Of a stretch of DNA of 64,000 bases, positions 38,659 to 50,400 are shown piece by piece. This DNA is from Botryllus schlosseri (Eukaryota): assembly GCA_051294905.1 (NCBI GenBank), contig CM119380.1:21886001-21950000 (forward strand). Direction: 5' to 3'. The notes beneath the pieces are model-generated. The model did no database searches and was not told the origin of the DNA. It was given only the letters and a program-made list of their open reading frames with translations. Numbering within the stretch: the first letter of the stretch is position 1; each line of letters begins with the position of its first letter. Position numbers and translations under genes: made by a program.

Positions 38659-40540
38659 TCAAACTGCATTTGTTCCTTGTACGGATGCGGCGGGCAGCAC
38701 CTTGGATTGAGGGTTATGGCTAATGGCAGTTTCAAGTATGTGATTGAAGCGGCTGCACACTTCTTGCGCCATCTCCTGCAAAACGAATCGGGGTCATGCC
38801 GCTGTTAAGATCGCCCGTCTGTGATGCGCTCATGCTCACCTTATTTCCGCATTGGTAGGCGTGGATGTCATATGGTCCATCAGGAGACGCAGTTGCCCGG
38901 ATGCATTTTACTGCCAGCATGGTATTACCGAATATTCCGTCGTCAAATATGACCAACCTCTCTATCAGGTGGATAGGTACACGATATATCACTGGCTGAT
39001 GTGAAGAAATGTATTGAAAGCAGTTATGTGACATGAACAAGTAATATCTTACACCATTATTGCATTTAGTAAGCTTAATCCCGTGGACAGTGAGCGACAT
39101 GATCGCCTCTTCGTTCACATACAGGGGAAGTTCATTTTCTTGCTGGTAAAAATCAAATGTAAGTAAAAGGTGCATGACGCAAATAACTTTCAGTGCCTTA
39201 CCTGAGCTATGTCGATCAGGTTGATCACATCCAACGGCCCGCTTCCGAGACCGCATATATTCTCAATGCAGCCGACAATTCGAACACGAAAATCTGCCTC
39301 ATTTGCCTCGGGAGGCAAAACTAAAATGGTAACAGACTTATTGCAAGTGAAGTATTCATGATTGTAATGGTTACGATTGTGGCTGGTCACGTAATGATGC
39401 CAGATAGGCTAGCTAGTATGTAGGCCAGGGTTGTAACCAAGTCGCAAGGTTTCAAGTCACAAGTCAATCTCACTTTTATAGTTTTGACTCGAGTCATTTT
39501 CAATTCACCACCGAGTCAAGTCCGACTACAAGTCAACGAACAGAGGCTCGAGTCTGAGTCATGGTATTATGACTCGAGTTGAGTCCAAGTCATTGTGTTG
39601 ACTGACCAGTTTCCAGTTTAAGTCTTGCTAAATCCACTTTCTGTAATTCTGTTTGGTGATATCGAATGGCTCGCATTCTTAATATACTAATTTTCCTCAT
39701 TTTTAGCAGTTTCTGGTCGCGTTTTCAAGTACCAGTACCAATAGACGAAATCCCAATAGTGTGGTTTCTTAACTATTCCTCGAAATTACAATGAAATGTC
39801 GGTGTTGGCCGTCTGCGTCTCGAGTCATATGACTTGGTTCGAGTCCAAGTCGAGTCAATACACAGATTGACTCGAGTCGAGTCATTTCCGTATTTTGACA
39901 AAATGACTCGAGTCAAGTCGAGTCATCATAAAATCGTGACTCGAGTCATCACCATTTCGTCACTGTGGATCGAGTATCTTATGAAATCAAAATTTTGTAA
40001 GATTTTCTTTCGGCCTTATTTTGGCCACAATGTGACAAACGTAATCGTGGCCAAGATAACGCCGAAAGAAAATGAGAATCTTACAATAACTTGATTTTTT
40101 CATATATGTATAAAATGGATATAAAAATCACGACATTGCAATACGGTGGAGATACATTTGTAGGAACCAACTACTAAAGTAGGCCTTGTCATTCATCCGT
40201 TAATTCAGATTTTAGTTAGCAAGTTAGGCTGAACGCGAAAGGATGTTGACAGAATACTATATCATGCTAATGCAAACGCACCTGAACTTTGAATTGATGA
40301 TAAACTACCACCTCTCCCTGAATTTGCTTCGGGGCTTGATAGGGTGCTAGACTTGGATAAACCGTCTATCGAGTCCAAGTCTAGTGACTAAAGAAAATAG
40401 GTGTTGAGTCTTAGTAATAATACATTAGGCCCAAATCCATATTCCCCACGAACCTTGCTCTTCGAGCTTCCTTGACTTCTTAGAGATAGCTCGCTACCGT
40501 CAGCACTAAGCTGTGCCACCTTGGTTTGTCGTCGTAACAT
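38659..40540 (-). CDS. ITGB1BP1: Integrin beta-1-binding protein 1 (ICAP1) orthologue, 224 aa, Ser-rich N-terminus plus PTB domain
   Basis: Exons 40540-40454, 40387-40282, 39320-39202, 39142-39053, 38995-38840, 38775-38659 (675 nt, all GT-AG, phases consistent). MLRRQTK..SKSK|SLDLDSIDGLSKSST, ADFRVRIVGCIE..GPLDVINLIDIAQ|QENELP, IERLVIFDDGIFGNTMLAVK, AYQCGNK|EMAQEVC match recalled human ICAP1 (AEFRIKYVGAIE, GPLDLINYIDVAQQDGKLP, RMVCYDDGLG). Confidence 0.93.
39426..39965. mobile_element. Family D MITE in an ICAP1 intron
   Basis: Starts CAGGGTTGTAACCAAGTC, many GACTCGAGTC motifs. Confidence 0.75.
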
Positions 40541-41029
40541 GACATTCTATGATGGGGGAGACTTTCACATCAGACCTATACCGTACTTTTCGTTTCTTTT
40601 TCATTCATTTTTATCGTGCCTATAAAGAGAGGGTTTCCACCCAAAAAACATCAAGTTTACAATCGAGCGCTGACAAATCATGTCTAATGCGTGCAAAGTT
40701 CTGGCAGCAATCCTCCATTTTGATCTGCAACTTGGACAGTAATTATAGTTTAATTATACCCCGCTTCTGCGTGACCGTTGTCGTTGAAGTGCATTTGTAT
40801 TATGAGAAGGATACTTCGTAGAAAATAAATTATGATGGGCGTGGGCCGACGCGGATGACTGGTTTCGACAATATATTTGACATCAGACTCCAGAGAATGA
40901 GCATAGATTAAATCTACGGAAATATACATGACATTGATATGAAACGATGGGCTACAGTTTCTCAACAAGGTTCACCGAATTATATTGCAAAATAATATGC
41001 ATCGGTAATCCTGAGAGGTCAGTTCTGCA

Positions 41030-41075
41030 TCACGTGATTAGTATGAACCAATGAAATGGCGCGCAACAGGCAATG
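41030..41075 (-). promoter_or_regulatory. Putative ICAP1 promoter region
   Basis: CACGTG, CCAAT and AAATGGCG are clustered. The first coding exon has an acceptor at 40547, so a 5' UTR exon is needed (candidate donor at 40975). Confidence 0.3.
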
Positions 41076-41460
41076 AGTGAAAAGCTGAACCTCAGTCCAT
41101 AAAGTAGCGGCGAGCGTGTTCAGTGAATTGATGTGGTTACGAAGGATGTATCAACGAGAGTATGATCGTGAAAGGTCAATTATAGTTGGTGGTAGTGCTG
41201 TGTTTTTGGTATATATATAGAAAGTGTCATCTTTTTCGGCTAATACGTTTCCACCTCCTACCGTAACTCTATTCACTCTGTCACGTTTCTCATTATTTCG
41301 CAATACCCCTGTTTGGAATCGGCGTCCTGTGCTCACACTATATTTTATTTTTTAATTATTTTTTATTAAATTACTTCAACTTGGAAAATCATCGCTGCTC
41401 ACCTGATATATCAGGCAAAAAGGCCAGCGATTCCAATCAGGGCAATACCTGTATAGTATA

Positions 41461-41913
41461 CACTACAAAAAAAAATTAGACAATTTGGTCTCAAAATTAG
41501 ACAAATTTGGTCTCAAATTTAAGAAATGAGGTTGATTTGGTCTCATTTTACCACCCACTCACCATAAATGCTATTTTCGACTCAGACAACCATATATATA
41601 TTGATCTGAATGGTATACGTGAGTAGTAAGTGGCATGTACCTTGATAACTATATCTAGTGAATACCTTGTAAACTTAGTACAGGATCATCTCAACACTGC
41701 AATTTCTGGTCTCTCTCATCCTTCCCCTCCTCCGCTCAGACCCCTAACATTGAAAAGGATGCCCCCAAGGCACTGCTACCATTTTCGATCAATTTCTGGC
41801 TTACTTTTGAGACATAAAGTACTTGGTAAGACTAATTTGTCTTTAAGACTTTTTCTGCTAAAAAATCGATTTGAGACATTGAGACCAAACTTGTCTAATT
41901 TTTTTTTGTAGTG
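41461..41913. mobile_element. CACTA/EnSpm-type MITE, copy 1
   Basis: Ends CACTACAAAAAAAAATTAGACAA / TTGTCTAATTTTTTTTTGTAGTG, TA on both sides, 453 bp. Confidence 0.88.
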
Positions 41914-42399
41914 TATAGCTCGAAGCTAAAACCCGTCCACGAACTCCGGACCGTCAAAAATCCAGTTTCTATATGCGCAAATGAATTTATTGAATTCACG
42001 GGACTGTGATGGAAATATACATATTGAAACTGATATTATACGAGAAAAACAAATTGTTTTTAACATAAATACCCGCTTGAACCTTTCTCTATAGGAAATG
42101 ATCATGAATTCTAGGAAAAAGGTAATGCAGAGGCGTCCAGGTCCGCTAATCTAATTGACGAACCTACGGGGCTCGTTCACTTTCGGACCAAAAATCAATT
42201 TTCTCCATAAGGATGTAGTAGAATTGGTCCTCAAGTGAACGAGCCCCGTCCCGGTCCGTATTGGGGCGCGTGTAGTCGCGTTTGTCGCGGGCGGACAGGG
42301 GTATCGGCGGTTGTTTTTGTTGTATTTCTGCGTATTCGGGTCGGATTCCGTCGCATATTTTGTTTGTGATTTTTTGCCGAGAACATATTAAAAAATTAA

Positions 42400-43560
42400 T
42401 AAAAATGTTCGTGGTATCAGAGGATTTACTCAGATATCTACACCATCGAATGTTTACATTCGATATAGAAGCACTGTTGGAGCTCAAAAACTACCCATGC
42501 TTTCCAAATGAAAACCTGATTTTCAGTGCTGACATAAATGTATCACCGGCCCATCTGCATCCAGAGGCCTGCCCTTCTCTTTTCAAAGCCTGAATCTGAT
42601 CCTTGTTGAAAAAACCTTCCTATCCTCCTCCATCTGTTCCTTGTTATCCGAGCTTACATCCAAGTTCCAAAACGATCATAAATTGTGCAATTCCGCTATT
42701 AATCACATTCGGGTATCTTGTATGGTTTTCATTGTGTATTTGTATCGTCAAAATGCTACAATTAATTTCACAATGATTTCGCATTACCAGCGATTTCAAC
42801 CGCGCGCGCAATTTCTTCGTCTTTCTCCCTGAATTTCTTTGCACTGTATTCCGTGGCACACAAGACCTAAACAGGTGATAAGGGCCACTCTATAAACTTT
42901 TAATCATAATAATAACGCGCAATTTCTTCATCTTTCTCCTGACACCGGCCTTGTAGCTGCAAATTGTAAGATGGGTGACTTTATATCGTATTGGGTGGTC
43001 TATCCTGTTACAGTATGTATGCGGCAAGTTTCTATTGGCCATATTGAATCTTACTAGCTCCATCTCCTGCTTCAACAGGATACAATTCTCACAAGAAGCC
43101 TTTAGGTTGAGATTCTAAATATATCGCCATATGTAGGCCTACAATTCGTTGATGCAGCCCAGAAATGCATTTTGCTGTGGTAGTCCGGGGTGATCTGAAA
43201 TAAAAACGACCAGCAGACAACGAAAATACATAAATTCACCTTGGTTTCTATGTCCAATATACCAGTTGCGGGCGTAATCCCATAAATATCACTGCCAATA
43301 TGAACGAAAACTACAGCCTCACACATAGGTTCAGGCTGTTTTTGTGGTCTTTTGAGACCAAAATGGATGCCGCAACGTAACAGTGGCATGACGCAACAAT
43401 GACCTCGCACTTCTTGCCCTTCTACATTCTTTGGGCGCAACCATTCCGTATACTTTTTCGCTCTTCATTTTCGCCTTTGGTGGGAGGGATTCGAGCCCCG
43501 GCGCGGCGTGGCGGCGAGGCAAGCACAGTGCTTATACCCATTAGGCCACGACGCCCTCGA
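42400..43560 (-). pseudogene. Degenerate P-element/THAP9-like transposase remnant
   Basis: 42610-42490 reads FNKDQIQALKREGQASGCRWAGDTFMSALKIRFSFGKHG*, like the FxxDQxxALxR..RWSxETIxxALxLRF motif. Frameshifted THAP-like pieces (KHCAC, RIPP..EW, RCGIHF) lie at 43330-43545. Confidence 0.6.
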
Positions 43561-43784
43561 GAGCGGGAGACGATACGCGGCAATTCGAGTTCGCACGCTC
43601 GCGTCATCCGCTGGAGGTCTCTCGCATAATCCCGCGGTTCCCGCCGTCCGCGAGCGGGCTCGTAGTTTGGGGCCGGGCGAACACAATGGCACGGGCACTC
43701 AAAAATGAACAGAGTAACAATTTTAAAGATTCTAATCGTGTAGTGATACATGATTTCTTAGCGTACTGAAATTAGACGATCCTG

Positions 43785-44504
43785 TCGAAGTTACATTATG
43801 GCATCCACTGTTGGGGGGCTGCCAGTAAAACTGCACTCAAGCCACTGCAGAAACTACAGCATAAAGTGCTCCGAATCATAGCTAGGGCCCCAAAGGGGCC
43901 TGGCTGCTCATCCAATAAGTCGCTGCTGAAGAGATTCGGCGTCCTAAACATAGAAGATATGCGGAAACTAGAAATCGCCAAGTTTATGTATCAGTTTCAC
44001 TGCGGTCGTTGCCCCGAATATCTCAGTGACTTCTTTACCTCTGAATCAAAAGCGCACAAGTACAACACACGCGCGTCCACGTCGTCCAAATATCATATGA
44101 TCGACCGAAAAGATCATCGCTCCATCAAATATGCCGGACCTGATGTGTGGAACAGTATCCCGCCGGCCATCCGACAGTCGACGAGCATGTCCACATTCAA
44201 GTCGAAATACAAGCAATTACTACTAAATAAATACAGTCCATCCTCAAGATTACCGGACCACGACTGACCTATCGATCTCGCTTCCCATGACATGCCGCCC
44301 TATTTCTTGTCGCTTTCTTTTTCTATACTGTATTCTTTACTTTCATTCAGTGTGCATGCCTCCTCTTTACTACGCCTAGGCCAAGGTGGGTGTCCGATTC
44401 CATTGACAAATCCAAGTCGCTTCGACATCTTCCTGTCTATTCATTGTATCGCATTTTTTGTGGTGTATTGAACTGATAAAATTGCTAATAAACCAATGAT
44501 GATG
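43785..44504 (+). mobile_element. 5'-truncated non-LTR retrotransposon (L2/Crack-like ORF2 C-terminus plus 3' UTR)
   Basis: SKLHYGIHCWGAASKTALKPLQKLQHKVLRII..HKYNTR..GPDVWNSIPPAIRQSTSMSTFKSKYK, stop at 44267, tail AATAAACCAATGATGATG. The same tail occurs at 61-83. Confidence 0.88.
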
Positions 44505-45644
44505 TCGCTAAGAGTTAATTTATAGTTTCGAAGTAATTTCCCAACGCATTGCGGCATACGAAGCGGGGTGCGTCATTGTATATGAGATATCTGTGAAGTC
44601 GTGGTCGAGCCGCGGCAACAGTGACAATGGATGCGCAATAGGACTGTTGAAAAATAACCTTTATTTCTGAATCTTGCTGGTTACGTGATTAAATCGATAA
44701 AACGACGTACACCAGATTCGAATTCATTCTAACCAATATTCGCGGATTTAGTACAGCATGAAAATTTTGAATTCCAAGCATTTTGAATTCCAAGCCGTAG
44801 AAGTGGAGTGATTTCAATTTTTCTTTGATAAATCTTTGATAATTCCGGGATTATCCTTGATCGGTGGATCACCCCAGAATTATCATCAAAAATGCGCAAT
44901 TAAACGGGTACGCTCGAAAAATATACCTGTCCTGTCGCAATTACATTTAATCCGTTGCGAAACTGACATTTTATTCGCTGTGGCCACTCTACATGTGTAA
45001 TTTGTATACATTTCAACTTTCCACGCCGTTCTCATTGATAATCGAACACTCGACACGACTCGAAGCCCAATACACATTGTCGTCTACTTATGACCCGTCG
45101 TTTCTAAAAGCTTATCGCTCTTTCAATTTAGAGTCCCAATTTCCAGCGCGGCGCTCGACGCTCAGGCTATCGCTCTCCCCCGTGGCGAGCGAGGGCCGAT
45201 CAAAATGGGCTTTTGCCGCGTTGTAGTACTGGTTGGCGACGTGGCAGAACCGGGCTGCGGTCATCGCCTGAACAGGTCTGAACTGCCCCTCAGACGATCG
45301 CGGGTCAGATGGGGCTGCGGGTCTTGCTAGCTCCGCGAAACGCGGCTTTAGGAAGTAGAAGTGTTAATTTTGCACAGCTCGATCGAGCCGCCCCGCCGTC
45401 GAAAACCGGTCGTTTACGCAGCCGTCTCGCGCGGATCCGGAACTTGCGCGCCGGTCAACGCGCGAACACGTTCCGCCCCGCGAACCGATTCGGATCGGTC
45501 GGCCACTTCCGGGGTCGGCGCCACGGCCCGGGTCACGACGAACACTAGCACAGAAAGCCGTGCCCCGACCGGCGTCGGCCGTCGCCGAGAGCTTCATCGT
45601 TTCGTTCGCGTCTGCTCGTTCGGCAGTCGTTGGTTATATACGTA

Positions 45645-46097
45645 CACTACAAAAAAAAATTAGACAATTTGGTCTCAAAATTAGACAAATTTGGTCTCAA
45701 ATTTAAGAAATGAGGTTGATTTGGTCTCATTTTACCACCCACTCACCATAAATGCTATTTTCGACTCAGACAACCATATATATATTGATCTGAATGGTAT
45801 ACGTGAGTAGTAAGTGGCATGTACCTTGATAACTATATCTAGTGAATACCTTGTAAACTTAGTACAGGATCATCTCAACACTGCAATTTCTGGTCTCTCT
45901 CATCCTTCCCCTCCTCCGCTCAGACCCCTAACATTGAAAAGGATGCCCCCAAGGCACTGCTACCATTTTCGATCAATTTCTGGCTTACTTTTGAGACATA
46001 AAGTACTTGGTAAGACTAATTTGTCTTTAAGACTTTTTCTGCTAAAAAATCGATTTGAGACATTGAGACCAAACTTGTCTAATTTTTTTTTGTAGTG
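45645..46097. mobile_element. CACTA/EnSpm-type MITE, copy 2 (apparently identical to copy 1)
   Basis: Same 453-bp length, ends and orientation. The ORF track gives identical 93-aa translations at 41630 and 45814. Confidence 0.88.
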
Positions 46098-47427
46098 TAT
46101 GTATCTATAGCGCACTGTGATGAACTTTCGCTACATTTGTTATAACTGCGGAATGCAAAAGATTCTGGCACGAGATATTGAGCATTATACATTACTGTTG
46201 ATTGTATACCAACCACCGGCACCGAGTGTGTGTGGTATGTGGTATAGGCCTATACTGTTTATAGTGGTTGGTGATATCTGCCTGTCTATAGTTGATTCCT
46301 GATTATGGAGGATTGTTGTGTGCAACCATATACCATATATACGATACCGCACTTGATACGTGAAACCGAAGCTGCATTAGAGCATATAGACTGTTATGAT
46401 ATGAATATGTAAGAATACTGTTGTGTGATTTGTCTTGAGGCTGTGTAGATATTCATGTTTGTGGTAGAGGTGGATGGCAACGTCACACAATTTTATGTTG
46501 AATTACATAATTACTATACTATGCAAGAAACCCATCTGTCACACGCTATTCATTGCGGACAACCCTGTTTACAGTCTGTTTATACAGTATATAATGCTGG
46601 AATAGCCATTACATGAATTTTGTAGAATTTGGCTAACGCAACCTCGTGTATCGAAAACCACATGCAGACCATGTTGATATGTAATTTTCCTGTGACAATG
46701 AGACTTAATCTGCCTCAATTAATTTTCCTTGCATCATATTTCCCTCTAATCATGTCGCTAAAGACTTCAGCAATAAATTTTGCCATCGTAGCTATACCAG
46801 ATAAATTATTTCTGCAATTTGTTAGATCACATGAATTTCCCCATAATTAATATTTGGAAATGCCTAATTAAGAATAAATCGACAATGTGTCGTTGCTTAC
46901 CGTAATTATTCGAGTATAATCATTAATGTTGCGTCACATTGTGAGCGACTTGTAGTTGGAATCGAAGTAGCTTGTGTCTATTTTTTCAAATATTGAGATC
47001 CTTCTTTCAAACTCATAGAAAATCAAGATTTTTTGGTAAAATTTTCATTTTATTCTGTCATATCTTGACCTTGTTTATGTTTATCACATTGTTTCTAAGT
47101 TAATCACGACCAAAGATATAGCTGGAAGAAAATGAGAACTAATTAGTTTGCTAAATGTGTAAAATGGACGTAAGTTCGCCTACTGTATAATTCGACATCG
47201 AAAATATACCTGCTATAGTATCAACAGTTGGCCTGAACCGGCAGCTCTATAGTTTTATGAAAATAGCGGATTAAATAATGAATGAAATGTATACCCCTTT
47301 AGTTCCGAAAAATTAATTACTTAATACAGAAAAACTGCGACTGTTTGATTTTTTACCAGTGTATTTCTTAGGCTTAATTAGGCTTAGGTCAAGTTGCTCT
47401 TCTCCAATTGCAACTTGTGACTGCACA

Positions 47428-50400
47428 ATGGCGGATAATCCCGGTATGGGTGGTGGGAAAATCCGTCCGCGGCGTGCAACCTCATCTAGGAAACCGTACA
47501 GCAGACCGTCGTCTCAACAAAAGGTGCTGTTACTCTGGATAATTTGGCCAAACCCGCTCTATTAACCGTACTCTGTCTGTAGTCCCTTTTCAGTAAAGTT
47601 TCCGACTCCGTCAAGTCTTGGCTGAATCCGATCACTCCACGTTGGCTCATGAATTTAGGGGGGCAAGGACAAAAGCGAAATGCGTCGGAATCGGATGATC
47701 AAGGTTCCTTAATCTTGCTTCATACATTCCGCATGTTTACCATAGTGTTGTTTGCCTTTGATGATCAGCCTACATTGTTTGATACCTCGCGCAGTTTTTG
47801 TGTGAGGTTTTCTCGTGATGATAGCTATCTGTCTGTTCTGAGGCACTTGTTTACATTGGCATCCAAATTCAGCGTGATTAGGTTAAATTGATGAAAATGT
47901 GCGTATTACACATGGAAAATTACGGTACTTATTGTGATGTCATGGCAGTGATATTGACCTAAACTCAAATTTGCTTGCGGGCCACGGCATCAATAATAGG
48001 GGTATTCAATGTCTTTCCAAGCAGGCAAGTAGGCCTTATCTGACGGACCTTGCAGAATGACATTCCACACCCTTCATGAAACTGTTATTTACAGTGTAGT
48101 AATTCACACCTGACCCGAAAAAAAAGCACATTTTGAAATGTTCGAATAAAATCGTTTCTGCACTTGCTTTCGATGTGGGCTGCACAAAATGTTTCCGCGT
48201 GCCGCGTGTTGACCCCTGCGTTAGCGGGTACTAGAAAATAATGCCGATTGCACATTGTCCACAATACTTTTTGTGTTTCTTGACCGTAACTACTTCGTAG
48301 TGCTATGTAACAATCCCCCGGTTCGATCACTGACTCGTAGAAATGCAGTTCCGACAAGGCAACAAACATGCATAGCTTTGCAACATATTTTTAATGCTGC
48401 GGCTCCTGCCATGGGAAGAAAGCGTCAAAGCTATATTTTATATGGACAAAATAACTCCTTAATGTGTAGGGGGCGTATATTTTAATTACTCAAAAACATC
48501 GACTGGTACTACTTGACTGAAACTCTCTCAATTTATCCATGCCTCGGGTTTGAACACTTGGATTGTACCTAGCTCTAGGTACAGTCATAAATGTAGTTGT
48601 TGAGGTAATGTCATGGATTTTTGGTTTTTTGCGTTTGACAGCATTTTTACATTGATTGATACTGCTCATATTTTTATTTTCAATGGGGAATGCGTTGAGT
48701 TTCATAGCCTTTAGTGTGATGGTAATACACTCATGAGGAACGCAAGATGCGGCCGATCCATTTTGACGACACCATTGACATTGCCAGATTGAATCCACCC
48801 ATGAGATGTGAAAACAACATAGTTAGCAATTTCTAGTTACCTGTTGCATACTTGCCTTGCCTGATCCCTCTTTTCACTTCTGCAGGTGTGAGTGAACCAA
48901 GTCGATTGCAAAACCAAGAGGAGTCGGTCAGAGCAAGCAACAACTCGGACAGTGCTAGACTGACCAGGCCTCCTCTGAAAAATCATCAATCCACCTCGAC
49001 ATCATCTCAGTATTGCAGCACTTCACACACAGTATGCCGAATGCAATGCCGTGCGACTCTTTCTCGTCAGCTGGAATCTACCCTTCCGATTTAGATCTCA
49101 GCAGAAACGCGACCAAAGGAAGTGGATTATGGCAAAGAGGGTTTGCTGCGACACCTGAACAAGACCACAAAACGAGCGAGGATGGATGTGGACACGCCCC
49201 TCACTTCAGATTCGTCTATTATGCGGAGCGAGATGAAATTGTTGTCCACTAATGGTTTGTTATTTTGTAAATCAAATGCTTTATGCCAGCACCAACTTTT
49301 CGTTAATTACTATTTTTAGATAATGCGTCTGTTGCTTCATCCAGTGGATGCTCATCATCCGTTCAAATGGGGAGTCATAAGGGAGATTTTTCGGGTAAGT
49401 CGTCACTTTCTAGTTGTGCATTGTGGTATCCAACCTTTCCAGTTTGTGAAAGGAATAAGCGGCAATTACAATTCAATCATGAGTTGTCTGATTAGGGACC
49501 AGATCTTTTTCCTCTGTCATACTAAGGAAATTTGGTGAAATCTAATTCGAACGCGAGACCTTGGTCACGTAACTTGAATTTTTACATATAAATCTTGTGA
49601 ATTTAAGACGGTTACTGACAATCTATACTCGATGTCGCTGTGGTTGAAATACAGAATTATACTTGATATTTAGTGTGGTTGAAAAGATGCAAAAACTGGA
49701 CTGCCAAGAAGCAGAGTAGTATAGTTTTGTTCTAAAAGAGCCTGTGATGATCAGCCTACATTGTTTGAGGTTTCGCTCAGTATTTGGGTGAAATCAACAA
49801 TGATTTTCATTACGTAACTCTGAGGCTTTGTGCGACAGTATGTTTCATAATACATGGTTTAAATAAGTGCAACGATTGTAGTGGAGTACAAAAAATATAC
49901 AACTTCATGCCAAGCCAAGCGTAACATTTTATCGGCAAAAATATAGTTTTCATGCTTTATTTTCATGGTTGGAGCCTTAAAACCTAGGTTAGTTATATCG
50001 TAGAATTAAAAAACATATTTCAGGAGGCACATGGAACGACATTTCTGTCGAGTAGTGATGATTCACCCTGATAATGGTCACAAAACGCAACCGAATACGC
50101 ACACGCACAGTTCCGAGATATAAGATCAGTTTGTCTGGCATCATTTTCCTTGCGCCTGCAAAAAGGATACTTAATTCAACTTTTTAAGTCATTGTTACTA
50201 TTACGACATCATAAAAATCGGTGATACTACATACTAGTATACTATACTCGGAATTGGGTCACCCGGTTGCTCAAATTTTGCTAAGCCCTTTTTTCAAACC
50301 ACGATTTCTGCGTATTGATTCGCTTGCCTCTTACACAGATAACGAGTCTTTGACGAAAAATCTGTGGAACGCTTCGAGCCAGTCGAAGAATTCTCGACAG

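Noticed and set aside
41630-41911. Duplicated 93-aa ORF (also 45814-46095) as a gene pair
   Set aside because: It lies wholly inside the identical MITE copies and has no protein-like features.
42164-42487. 107-aa minus ORF as a 5' exon of ICAP1
   Set aside because: Its donor phase does not fit, it contains a DNA hairpin, and the true Ser-rich N-terminal exons are at 40282-40540.
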